A stretch of 57,727 nt of DNA, filler included, from Sphacelaria rigidula (Eukaryota): assembly GCA_964200075.2 (NCBI GenBank). It is 8 parts of 8 records of this genome, joined end to end, with 100 filler letters (N's around TTAATTAATTAA, not from the genome) between each part and the next. Parts side by side here need not be neighbours in the genome. Positions count along the whole stretch, not along the records: positions 7,230 to 14,358 come from CAXNAA020016344.1; positions 14,459 to 21,587 come from CAXNAA020016345.1; positions 21,688 to 28,816 come from CAXNAA020016346.1; 5 more parts are not named here. One strand, 5' to 3'. Below, one piece after another: positions 11,407 through 22,416 of the stretch. The position numbers and the translations under genes were made by a program. Each line of letters opens with the position of its first letter. Position 1 is the first letter of the stretch. The notes under the pieces were generated by a model. The model was given only the letters and a program-made list of their open reading frames with translations, was not told the DNA's origin and did not search any database.

Positions 11407-12399
11407 ATGTTTCCTTCCGTACTTTCCTTGCTAAACTTTCCGCAACCGTCCCTTCGTCCTTCTCCCGATTCATTCGACATCGACAGGTGCTCCGTGTGCA
11501 CTGCTCATGTGTCTATATCCCAGGAGACAAAGCCAGTCCCGAAGGGCGCCAGGAAACAGGTCCCCTTCCTCTGCCTTGCGTGTGGCGTGGACATCGGGGT
11601 CAGCACTCCATACCACCGTATGACCGATCCCAACGGCGGTAAAGACAGGGTATGCGCCCACGCCGACGGCCACACCTGCGCAAAGACCCTCGTCGAAGCG
11701 GACTAGAACAATTCTCACCCTTGCTACGAATGCAGAGCCACCCCTGTCAATAAATCCTTTTTTGACCTGTCGGCGGGGGATCATGACCCAGAATGTATAA
11801 GATGTCATGACTGCTTCTACGACACCCGTGCCGAGCTCCTGTCGGATTTCCAACGGCACTTGTTGCAGACGAAGGAGGCGTTTGCCTCGAGAAACGACAA
11901 CTCCACACCTCGGAAAGTACCGCGCGTCAATACTTATTCACCCTCCCCTCCCGGAGGCGACCCCGTGACGCCACCAAGCAAAATCGACCCTCCACTAAAA
12001 CAAAAAGGCCTAATCCTACCCGACGGGGTACCCGACCCACGGCCACCAGGAGCGGAGCCGGAAACTGAACCACCGTTTACGATAAGTACCACAATTACAC
12101 ATTCATTTTCCCCGTTTAATCTCCTCTCCACCATGTTTAGTCCCATTTTCATCCTTCCCTCTCCCACCTTCGATGCTTGCTCTCATCGGGGGCAGCCTTT
12201 CTTTGCTTTCAACATGCCTCAGTGCAATCTCCAGCCTGCACGCTTGTTTACGTCTCTTCGTTCCTTTACTCTGCCCCTTGCCTACCTTCTTTCTACCATG
12301 ATGCGTTCAGAACCTAGATGCCTACACTCGGAACGTAACGGACTTCGTCTCATCCGACATCATCCATGCCAGCTTCTGGCAGCTTCTGTGACTTTTTAG
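11407..12399 (+). pseudogene. Cys-rich (multiple CxxC) orphan reading frame with one in-frame TAG at 11704-11706; possible zinc-binding protein
   Basis: ORFs 11314-11706 and 11860-12399 are in the same frame and the interval between them is open. Motifs: CSVC, CLAC, CAH...C, *, CYEC, CIRCHDC, then a Pro-rich tract. Confidence 0.4.
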
Positions 12400-13284
12400 C
12401 GGTATCGTTTCTTCTCATTTTGGGCTCCGGTTCTTCCGGCGTTGTGTCGTCTCTTCTATACAGTAACGTGGTCAAATCAACTTTTTCCCAGTGCTTTTTG
12501 GGGGCTATGATTGGGGGGGATTAGGAGTGTACTAAGTTCCATATCACCTTAGTGTTAGAACGTTTTCCTATACATCACGGATTTTCTGCTTCTAGGGCAG
12601 GAAGATATGAGTTCTCGGACTTGGATTAGCTCTGAGTAGTTACACCGAACTAATGATAGGGTGATCAACTCGCTTGATGCCAAGTCAGTTGATGCTCCGG
12701 TGATGAAGCTATTTCCTCATTTCCTTAAACCTGGGATCTTTTATATACGGGATGGTTCTCGGTACCTGCGACATGTCGATTCCTGCGTTTGCTGTTTCTA
12801 CACGTATATGCAGCAGTAGGTGGTAATTTGGTCGTCTAGATCACACGCCAGTAATTTATTAGCTTGCAGTGTGTCCCTTGTAGTTCGATCGGTTTTTGCG
12901 GGCCCATTCTTTTCGTGTACCGTTTCTGTGTGAAGGCATCCTCTGTCAACTCTTGGTGTTATGGTCATGGGTGGTAGGCTCCTTGCACCCCGTAACGACA
13001 AGTCGAAGAGAAAGAACTAACAATGTTCTCAAGGAATTGAGCTGATGTGACGTAAGATCTGAAGATAGCAGATGGCAATACCCCGCCGGTGGGAGTTGAG
13101 GTGCAACGTGCCCGTGCCATGTCTTTTGCGCACGAATTACACCCATGCCGTGCCTTGCCCGCCTTTCCGTAAAAAACAAAATCCTCAAAGGACGAGCACG
13201 GCGCCTAAACTAGTTGCAGTGCTGTCAACAATGTTTTAGTATAGTACAATCTTACTCGGTGTTAGTATAGTAGATATCGGAGTT

Positions 13285-13530
13285 GTGACAAGATTCTTTG
13301 AGAGCACTTTTGTAGGACCACGCGCTATACCTGATGAGTTGCGTCAATTCCGTGCACTCATAGGACAAACGCACGACCAGAACATGGGAATTCCGACACA
13401 GATTTTGGAATACAAATTGAGGTTTACGTTTCCCTCGGAAGATGCCCAGGGCGAATATTTCGAACTCTGGGCGACCGACGACACGAACAATGATCATTTG
13501 ACAACAGACATCTGGATGAGACCCCCATAA
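13285..13530 (+). CDS. Possible terminal exon or coding fragment of an unknown protein
   Basis: Protein-like composition (FFESTFVGPRAIPDELRQF...ILEYKLRFTFPSEDAQGEYFELW), ending at TAA before a C-run and A-run. No recognised motif. Confidence 0.25.
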   Translation: MTRFFESTFVGPRAIPDELRQFRALIGQTHDQNMGIPTQILEYKLRFTFPSEDAQGEYFELWATDDTNNDHLTTDIWMRPP

Positions 13531-13819
13531 CCCCCCCCCCCAAAAAAAAATAGACTTGACAACTTTATTTTGTGCCTTTTTGATGCCCAGACTTGATACT
13601 TTGGTGTCTTGTGTGTTGCGTGTTCAATGTGCACTTTGTGTAAAGAGACGACGGCGTGTCTATACCAAGAAGAGATACACTTTTTGCTTGCGACATGTTG
13701 CGTTGTCGGTCGAGCTCCGGGAAAATATTGGAATTAATTAATAGGCTTGCCAGAAAATGCACACACATGAACAACACTAAAGAAACTGAAAAACTGAGAT
13801 GTGGTCGAGGTGGGGGGGA

Positions 13820-13895
13820 GGGTGGGGGGGGGTGGTACACATTTGTTGTTTGCCTTAGTCATTTGATCATTGACCACGCATCCCCTTCGAGACGG
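13820..13895 (-). mobile_element. 3' terminus of the LINE family seen at 56390-57672
   Basis: Minus strand reads GGGGATGCGTGGTCAATGATCAAATGACTAAGGCAAACAACAAATGTGTAC + C-run, matching 57601-57672. Confidence 0.7.
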
Positions 13896-14358
13896 AGCAT
13901 CAAGATGCGGTCGGGGGGCGGAAGCGGGCGGCGAAGGGGGCTTGACTGTGACGATACGTTTCGCAGTATGGTGCCTTGCCGGAGCCTTGATCGGCGTACA
14001 AACGAGCACAGAAATCACGTCTTACATCTTGCTGAGTTTTCCTTGTGCTCTCTTTAACAGCCTGGATTCGTTGTCGAGGTTCAACATTTGGGTGAGGTTC
14101 GACGGACCATCGCAATTTCATTTATTTTGTCCAAAAGGCTCGGGATTCGCAACCGGTTTCGACCATGTAACCCTAACCCAGAAGCTTCTGCACGGCACCC
14201 CAAGCATGATGATGAGCAGTCCGACAGAAAAACTGCCGTCAATCATTGTGCGGCATCTTTTGAGCAACCTCTGCGTCTAAGCGCTACGGAACGCGTAACA
14301 AAGGATGCTGAAAACGTACTTCTTTGGACTAGTCATCGAGTTTTCGAGCGCCTCTTGT

Positions 14359-14458
14359 NNNNNNNNNNNNNNNNNNNNNNNNNNNNNNNNNNNNNNNNNN
14401 NNTTAATTAATTAANNNNNNNNNNNNNNNNNNNNNNNNNNNNNNNNNNNNNNNNNNNN
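14359..14458. other. Artificial 100-bp spacer
   Basis: N-run with central TTAATTAATTAA. Confidence 0.98.
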
Positions 14459-14536
14459 AAACGGCCCAAAAGTGAACAATCCGTGGGCCAAAAATCTGTG
14501 TGCCATAACATCCGGCCTAAGGCTACTTCTTATGAA

Positions 14537-14982
14537 TCAAAAAGTAAAACTTGTTGAAAAGTGCATTTTATGACCCTTCTCCGTCGTTTTTTCCCCCGAA
14601 AAGAGGGCTAGGCGGCTGTGGACACCTTGGGATGACTTGCTCTACTCGCTGAGACGGTTCCTGAGCACCTTGCGTTTCCCGTAGGTCATGGGTTCGTTTT
14701 TGGCCAAGCTTTCATTTTCAATAACAAACGGTCAAGTTATCAAAACAATGTCAGTTTCCCCCCTGTTTTCAAATAACTTGACCGTTTGTTATTGAAATTG
14801 CAAGTTTGGCCAAAAACGAAACCATGACCGACGGGAAACGCAAAGATGCCCTAGAACCGTCTCAGCGTGTAAAGCAAGTCAACGCAAGGTGTCAACAGCC
14901 GCCTAGCCGCCTAGCCTTCGTTTCGGGGGAAAACGACGGAGAAGGGCCAAAAAAGCACTTTTCAACAAGTTTTACTTTTTGA
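14537..14982. repeat. Long imperfect palindrome 1 (~445 bp)
   Basis: TCAAAAAGTAAAACTTGTTGAAAAGTGC...CAATAACAAACGGTCAAGTTAT is mirrored by ATAACTTGACCGTTTGTTATTG...GCACTTTTCAACAAGTTTTACTTTTTGA. Confidence 0.9.
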
Positions 14983-15040
14983 CACACAAGAATTATATAC
15001 ATAAGACACGCCGTTTCTTCCGGTTCGCATTTTTTTTGGC

Positions 15041-15412
15041 TCGTATTTTCCTCTTTTAGGACATTTGACAAGGTTTTTGATCCCCTAATAGAGAAATCGC
15101 CACCACACGTCTTGGACACTTTGTATCACCCCACCGAGAGGAGCCTAGCCCACTTTTCTGATTCGCTTGGGTCAGAGATTTCGAGAGCGGCCTCTGGACA
15201 AAAATATGAAAATACCTACAGACTGTGCAGTATACGTTTTCCTCGTATTTTTGTCCAGACGCCGCTCTCGAAATCTCTGACCCAAGCGAATCGGGAAAGT
15301 AGGCTAGGCTCCTCTCGGTGGGGCGATACAAAGTGTCCAAGACGTGTGGTGGCGATTTTCCCTATTTTGGGGTCAAAAACCTTGTCAAATGTCCTAAAAG
15401 AGGAAAATACGA
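15041..15412. repeat. Long imperfect palindrome 2 (~370 bp)
   Basis: TCGTATTTTCCTCTTTTAGGACATTTGACAAGG...CCTTGTCAAATGTCCTAAAAGAGGAAAATACGA. The ORF track gives near-identical peptides on opposite strands (15056-15340 minus, 15112-15579 plus). Confidence 0.9.
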
Positions 15413-15447
15413 ACCGTAAGAATCGGTCTAATAAGGCCAACTCTAAT

Positions 15448-15886
15448 GATGGGAGCAGTTCAAAATTCCTGTCGAAAAGCTGCCTTTTGGGTCCTTCTCC
15501 GTCGATTTACGCTAAAAAAGAGGCTAGGCGGATGTTGAAGCCTTGGAATGACTTATTTCACTCGTCGAGACCGTTCTAGGGCAACTCTGCATTTCCCGCT
15601 GGCCGCACTTCTGTTCTCGGCCAAATCAGGCCAAACACGGATTTTCAGTAAAAAACAACCAGGGGATCAAAATTTCCTTGACCGTTTTTCATTGAAAATC
15701 CATGTTCGGTCAAAAATAAGGTGCGGCCAGCGGGAAGTGCAGAGTTGCCCTGGAACGGTATCAATGAGTAGACCACGTCGTTCCAAGGCGTCAATATCCG
15801 CCTAGCCCTCTTTTCAGGCGTGTAGTGAAACGACGGAGAAGAGCCAAAAAGGCAGTTTTAAACAGGAATTTTGAGCGGCTCCCATT
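15448..15886. repeat. Long imperfect palindrome 3 (~440 bp), homologous to palindrome 1
   Basis: ATGGGAGC...TCAAAATTCCTGT...GGGCAACTCTGCA is mirrored by TGCAGAGTTGCCC...ACAGGAATTTTGA...GCTCCCAT. Shares CCTTCTCCGTCG and GGCTAGGCGG with palindrome 1. Confidence 0.9.
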
Positions 15887-16081
15887 AAAGTCGGTCTAAG
15901 CGACCCGGTACCCTCCTGGCTGGTCGAAACATTTTCCGCAGGAGACTAATGCAAGAAAGTAGTCACAAATTACGAATCTAACTACGTTGAACAACATTTC
16001 TCTGGAACGGGTAATCCCATCGCTTCGGTCGACGTAAGCACAGCTTTCTCCCCGTCGCCTTCAGTCGAAGGACGCACCTTA

Positions 16082-16836
16082 TGCCACTCCTTCCTACCCC
16101 CGTGTTGTGCGTTCTGGCTACATTTTCAGGGCGCCGCATATACCGAGGTTGGGAGGAAGCACAGGAGATAAGGCAACCGCAAATGCGATTCTACGAATAC
16201 CAATCTAGGAGCCTGAGCCGAGCGTGAGTGAACCAGCTCAGACGACGACGTGTGCGAGTTTGCAGCACCCCTAGGACACCACTGTAACACCGCACGTGCC
16301 TTACAACGCACAAGCATGATGCCAACTATTATAGCTTTCATCGCACACGATAGTCACACTCGACGTTGGACTGGGGCTACTCGTTCCCACAGCTCGTCTG
16401 TCCACATGCGTGTTCGGCGGAGACGTAGCAGGCAAGGCGGTGGACCTTACGGAGGCTGCAACCGACTTGAGATCCACCGCCTTGCCTGCTACGTCTCCGC
16501 CGAACACGCACGTGGACAGACGAGCCGTGGGAACGAATAGCTCTAGTTCAACGTCGAGTGTGACTGTCGTGTGCGATGACAGCTATAGCAGTTGGGATTA
16601 TGCTTGTGCGTTACAAAGCACGTGCGGTGTTACAGTGGTGTCCTAGGGGTGCTGCAAACTCGCACACATCGTCGTCTGGCCTGGTTCACTCACGTTTGGC
16701 TCAGGTGCCTAGGATCGCATTCGTAGAAACGTATTTCTGGCCAGCCTTATCTCCTGCGCTCCTTTCCAACCTCGGTATATGCGGCGCCCTGAAAATGTAG
16801 CCAGAACGCACAACACGGGGGTAGGGAGGAGTGGCA
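16082..16836. repeat. 755-bp inverted duplication (~365-bp arms, ~20-nt loop); candidate hairpin-RNA locus
   Basis: TGCCACTCCTTCCTACCCCCGTGTTGTGCGTTCTGGCTACATTTTCAGGGCGCCGC is mirrored by GCGGCGCCCTGAAAATGTAGCCAGAACGCACAACACGGGGGTAGGGAGGAGTGGCA. Pairing continues to the centre at ~16460. No TSD seen. Confidence 0.9.
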
Positions 16837-17659
16837 ACTGGCGGGGGTCACGAACATCAACATATGCCGTGCGTGAACACCTATCTGTCGTACCAAGCAA
16901 ATACCACACTCACTAGATAGACGATTGTGAAGGAAATTGGAAGCGTGCCGAGGATGAGGGTCGGCTAGTTCGGACTTCGTACGACACCTGACATTATCTG
17001 TGTCCAAGTGCCATGCCAGGTGTGTGATTCGGTACAAGTCCGCCATGTTTTGTGTTCCTCTCATAACGCGGTACTATCTACATCCACTCTTTGCAACACC
17101 GCCTTGGGTCTCGCCCACAGATCTGTCCTGCGGATGGTCGATCAAGGTTACCGAAGTCGACACAGGATACTTCCGGAGGCGGTTGGCTGACATCGATTCG
17201 CGCAAGTCCCGTCATGAAGGAGGCCGTGGCGTAAGGCCTCACGCACGCTCAGGAGGGACGTCCGCAATCAGATACGGGAAGAGTGGTGTGGCCACGGCTC
17301 ACCTGACCGGCTTCCTATCCTGGATAAACAATACCACGAGGCCTAGCCTCCCATTTGACAGTATGATGACCAGTGTACACCATCCGAGCCGTGTTGCATA
17401 AGATATCAATCGATGTGTGTTGTATGCGGGAATGGGGCCGTGTACAGTGCGTGTTTTCGTGTTTCATTCTTTTGTTTTTATTTTTGCTCGAGTTTTGTGT
17501 TGGTTTTCGTCTTCATTCCTCTTTCCCGTTTCCGTTTCCGTGTACATTTCCGCTTCCGGTGTTCTTCTTGGTGTGATTCGTTGTTTGTTCATTGAAAACA
17601 AAATACTGTTTTGTGGCTACAGCTGGATTCACCGGACGTAGTGGAATGGCCGTATCGTA

Positions 17660-18330
17660 GCGGCCAAATGCCACGTACATGGTGCTGCCCTTGCATATAC
17701 CTACTCTGCTGAAAACACCCCACATCGCACGGTTCAAGACCTACATCTCCTCAGTGTGCCCACGCTTGGACCTGTGACGAAAATACGCCGTTACGTTGAG
17801 TTGGTGGTGATGATATGGATCATGACTGGGACCACGAGAATTCTGGAGGGTTCTGGATAATGACTGGGGACACGGAGATGGTACTTGCCTGTCTGGAAAG
17901 CTGATGACTTGGAAGGTCACTCGGATAATATGAGATGTTGTGAAAAGGCTGACAACTGAAACCGAGGCCAGTAAGACTGGGGAGTCCCTCAACAGCAGTG
18001 ATCCAGCAGTCCTTCCACTGGCTGGCGTCACAGACTGGATCTCTGCCACCGGAGTTTGCGCAGTTTGGAGCGGAAGCACGACACACACACGCACACATTG
18101 TTTGGTACCGTTGGTGTTGGCGCAACCCAGAAGCAGAGGCACTCGATCGCAGCATCTCCTAGCCTGGTGGTGCTAGCCAATCTGTAGACGTGTGTGCGTC
18201 CTGTTGTGGGATCCCGCACGCGACGAATCTTGATAGCTGCGTGTTTTCTGGTGAAAACAACTGGTGATCTCATCGCCGAACACTTTTGGGTCCCGGTGAT
18301 GTGTTGGGAACTTCCTAGGGCTTTGAAAAT
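17660..18330 (-). pseudogene. Possible very old Copia RT/RNase H relic
   Basis: Weak motif echoes in the expected order: KIRRVRDPTTG, TAGSLL, LNVTAY, YVAFG (compare Copia VGSLM, LTAYSDAD, EYVALG). Confidence 0.3.
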
Positions 18331-18477
18331 CAAAAGGGTTTGCGTGGCGGTAGGGCAATAGACTCAGTGACAGCACTTTGGTATCTTCCCATTCCGGTAG
18401 ATTATCGTTTTTCTGTCGGAACATGTCCATACTGTTCCTTGATACGTGATCCGTAAACAGGGACAGCTAGACACGAC

Positions 18478-18779
18478 TGATGAAGTCGATCAAAGAACAC
18501 GGCTGAGCCGATCATGTTGTTGTAGAAGAGTAGTATTACATAGCTTGACTAAGCAAGTCAAGGAAGAAAAGAGAACGAAGAGAACGAAGTGACTGGGTAT
18601 GGCTACCCCAACACCGTGACAAGCAAGCACTGCGTACGTAGGTACAAGACATACGCCTACTATGGTATCAAATCCCACAGCATGTGACTGTCACAACCCG
18701 TGAAGACGGATACCTCTGTACCGTGGCTGATCAGTACTGTAGACTACACTGAAAAGGCTGTTTACCTCAACACCCCCCT
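18478..18779 (-). mobile_element. Possible ~295-bp LTR with adjacent polypurine tract
   Basis: Minus strand reads AGGGGGG followed directly by TGTTGAG (18772). The other end reads TGATGAAG on the plus strand, giving imperfect TG...CA termini. No partner LTR in this piece. Confidence 0.35.
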
Positions 18780-19191
18780 TGGGCAGTCGTTTCAGCAGAA
18801 CCAATCTAGTCGAACGATTCATCCTGTGGGCGAGGATGTCTCCCAAGACTACTCACATCACTGAACAGGTAATTTCGGAGAAAGATCGCACCTACCCCCC
18901 CATAGACAAAATATACCAGAATCATATGTGCGCCCCTTCTTTCAAAAAATTACAGTACTTCAAAATTCTCTGTACCTCATTCAAATTTTTGCGCATAAAG
19001 ATCCCGATCACCGTTCCAAGATCCAAAACCAAGCTCTCTCGGAACTAGAATAATAATAATACCCGTACTTACTTGGAAATTTGCAAACAAACTCTCATGT
19101 CCTGCGCTTTCCCATGGTGCAAGCAATACAGTGCACACCGAGTTTCGGTTCGGACATGCATCCAACTCTGCAGCATAGTACAAAATCAAGA

Positions 19192-19395
19192 CTCTCACGC
19201 TCATCTTACAGTACAGCGTGCGCATCATCAAGTGCACATGCCCCATTTTTCAAACTCCGAGATATCAATCTTCCAAAGAGAAAAACGGAGAAACCCTCAC
19301 GCTCATCTTTCGGAGTACAGCGTACTCATTATCAGGTGCACATGTCCTATTTTTAAATCTTCGAGACATCAATCTTCCAAAGAGAAAAACAGGAA
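19192..19395 (+). repeat. Two-copy ~102-bp direct repeat
   Basis: CTCACGCTCATCTT...GTACAGCGT...GTGCACATG...ATCAATCTTCCAAAGAGAAAAAC occurs twice in tandem. Confidence 0.85.
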
Positions 19396-21329
19396 ACATA
19401 TTTCAGTCAAGGACTATGCAACTCTTACATCGCGATCCGGCCTAGCAGTATTTCTCGACACATACTGTCATCAACCAAAATTCTACTTCGCGAACAGCGA
19501 ACCGGCAGAGCGAAAGCTTTGCTCAACTGTTTTCACCACGCACAGTCAAAAGCACAGCATGACTTCACATCCTGCCTCCCCCCCTCATTTTTTGCTTTCA
19601 AACGGTCCGCGTCTCTCTTTTGCCTCCCTCGTTTCGGGCTACGGCACTGGGGGGGGACGTGGGCATCGTGGAGCGTTGTTCCGTCTCTCCACCGATGTCC
19701 ATCAAGAGATCCACGCGGCAGGTGTTGTGCTTCATGTCGGTCCGCGTCCACTTAATACTAGCTCGCCACCTATCGCAGGGATTTCAAATATCGAGCCTCA
19801 CCGGGGATTGAGGCTCGACGCGACACAGTGAAAATTTTGGGGAAATATCCAGAATTGCATCAGTTACCACATCTCATCAAAACAGTGACATCTACTCCAC
19901 CAAGATTCACATCTCATCAAACGGAAAATAAACTTTCCACAAAGATTCACATCTCAACAGTCATCTGCATCTTTCGCATCTTTGCTTCTAGTTACACACT
20001 TGTTTATCCATGATGTGTCAACATGCCCGCGCATAGTCAGGTTACAACTCCGGCCAACCAAGAACAATTTGCGCTCTACACTCTTGTTTTGGCATGACGT
20101 GCCAGCATGCTTCCACCGCACATGATCCCAGTGCCATAATAATATATATTAAAACATATATATTGACCACCAATCACGTAGGGTGGAAAATGAGCATTTC
20201 TTCTTTTGTAGTGTCATGCAATAACACCTGTTCTTTACCTCATGGTACTAGTTCTGCCAGCTCACAGCCTCAAGACTACATCCAAAACGGGTTCAAAGTA
20301 AGCATTTCTATTTTTCATGTCATGCGTAAAATGTCTTTTGTTCGTACCTACCACATACGGAATACGTCATTTGAACTCAGTCTGTACCCCACAGGGCACC
20401 GGTTGTTACTGTTCCTTTTTCAAACAGTCCCCCCCCCGTTAATTTAACCGTCATTGCCACAAGTCGTGACCAAAAGCACTTTGACACCTCTCGTGTTTGC
20501 ACCTTTCGGGAATCGAGATCAAGGGGCAGTCCAGCGAATTCACGAGGAGAAGTGCCCCTCTCTACTCTGTAAAATGAAAGACCAAGCAGTATCATCAGAC
20601 CAAGATTAGAGAGTTTCGGGATTTGTTTTATTATCATAGAGTCAGAGTGCAGAGTTGAAGCTTCGAAACTTCAAAGTGGACGTGAAAAATTTCATAGCGG
20701 AAGCTGATGTGACGTGGCTCGACGTGATTTTGTTCTGTTGCAGTGATTGACCGCAGGTTGCCCCGCCAAATGTATGATCGACCTGCGCCCACTTCGGAAT
20801 TGCGTAGGCCAGCACAACACTGACTACACCGTACACTGCTGCACCGTACGTACCACACACACCCTGTACGATTTTTCAATGCACCTGCAGTACTTCAATC
20901 CACTACGGCGCACTACAGGACACTGCAGTGCTGTAGTGCTATAGTTCTGAGCAGCGTGGAGTACAGTATAGTACAGAGAGTGCAATATAGAACCCTACAA
21001 CAGTGCATTGCGATGCTGTGAACTATTATACTGTACAGCGAAATCGTACAGAGAGTCAGTTGTACAAACAACAAAGTACAGACAGTACGGTACGCAGCAC
21101 TTTCAAACAGCAGACCTCGGCCGCATTGCGATGATTTCTCCACATGCCACCCGTCACGGTGGTACGAGACGTCATGATCTCTCACAGGATGGGAATACAG
21201 CCAGGGGTAGTACTACTTGTGCGCTGTAGACTACGAATCGTTTTCACCGTCTTCTTCCAGCTGAGGCTGGCAAGAGTGAGGAGCTGCACCCAAGTCAACA
21301 TGTACCCGTCGAGCATTTGAATATTCACG

Positions 21330-21470
21330 CAACACAACCAAGCGAAAGCTGATACCATGGCGGCGTCAGGGAGGTCTTCTGATAGTGATACCAAGCTTTT
21401 CTACTTCGTCAATGGCCCATTGTGATGAGTATAGCAGTTGTGATGGACGATGAATGTCCCACTTTGCTGG
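21330..21470 (-). pseudogene. Possible pogo-like (DDE_1) transposase relic
   Basis: Minus-strand FIVHHNCYTH and AIDEVEKLGITIRRPP resemble the pogo LxxDNxxxH...GIxLxxLPP region. Frameshifted and very weak. Confidence 0.25.
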
Positions 21471-21587
21471 TTAGGGTGTATTGACTTTGGACTGGACGTG
21501 ACCATGGCGGTGAAGGTGGGCGTGGTTCTTTTTCATTCCGCTATGAGCTCTGAAGAGGAACAACGGCCTTCAGAGTTTCTTATTATT

Positions 21588-21687
21588 NNNNNNNNNNNNN
21601 NNNNNNNNNNNNNNNNNNNNNNNNNNNNNNNTTAATTAATTAANNNNNNNNNNNNNNNNNNNNNNNNNNNNNNNNNNNNNNNNNNNN
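21588..21687. other. Artificial 100-bp spacer
   Basis: N-run with central TTAATTAATTAA. Confidence 0.98.
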
Positions 21688-22416
21688 TGGGCCCATATTT
21701 TCTCGTTGACTAAACCCCATGTCTAGTAACTCCTATACCTAGGGGAGATAGCGCCATCACCTTGCCAATACTAAAATCTCCATGAAACTCCCGATCGATG
21801 CATTTAGCGGATGGCGACGAATTTTGGTGTGGAGAACCACAAAAGAGTGCCGAATAAAATAAAAGAATGGGCCCTCGTATTTTTTTTTAAATAGAGGTTC
21901 GGGCGTTTTTGTGAAAAAACGGTCTTCACCATAGTAGAACGCCCTGAACCAGTAAAAAAAAATGAAAAAAATAAACCTGACCCATTCTCTTTTGTTGAAT
22001 ATGCCTTAGAGAGCGCCCATACCAAATTTCAATACACGAAAAACCAAACGTGGGCCGGTGAGTGGCCTGCAAAATACTGTTCCGAATTTCTACCGACCCG
22101 GTTTTTGATAGGCCCATGCTCTTTTATACATTTAGAGTTGGACCCTGAAAATTGGTATGGACAGTGTATAGGGCATAAATAAAAATTTCTGAAGTACCAA
22201 AACTGTTTTTGTTTTCATAAGTTAAGGGCAATAAACGGTGTTCAGGTATTATCAGTAAAATGCCTCTAACGCATGAAAAAAAAACATTTTTGGTACTTCA
22301 GGATTCTTTTTTATGCCCTATGCACTGTCCATACCAACTTTCAGGGTCCAACTCTAAATGTATAACAGAGCATGGGCCTGCAAACTTCAAATCCACCTCT
22401 AGGCTGGCCCAGCTCG
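21688..22416. mobile_element. Right part of a Tc1/mariner-type MITE (same family as 48276-49744), with an internal ~270-bp palindrome at ~22110-22380
   Basis: Ends CTAGGCTGGCCCAGCTCG followed by TA. Collinear with 48410-48450, 48725-48805 and 49170-49744. Confidence 0.8.

Noticed and set aside
15056..16800. Pairs of near-identical ORFs on opposite strands as duplicated genes
   Set aside because: They are a by-product of the DNA palindromes, with no recognisable domains.
19073..19831. 252-aa ORF
   Set aside because: It runs through a tandem duplication, has no domain motif and has non-coding-like composition.
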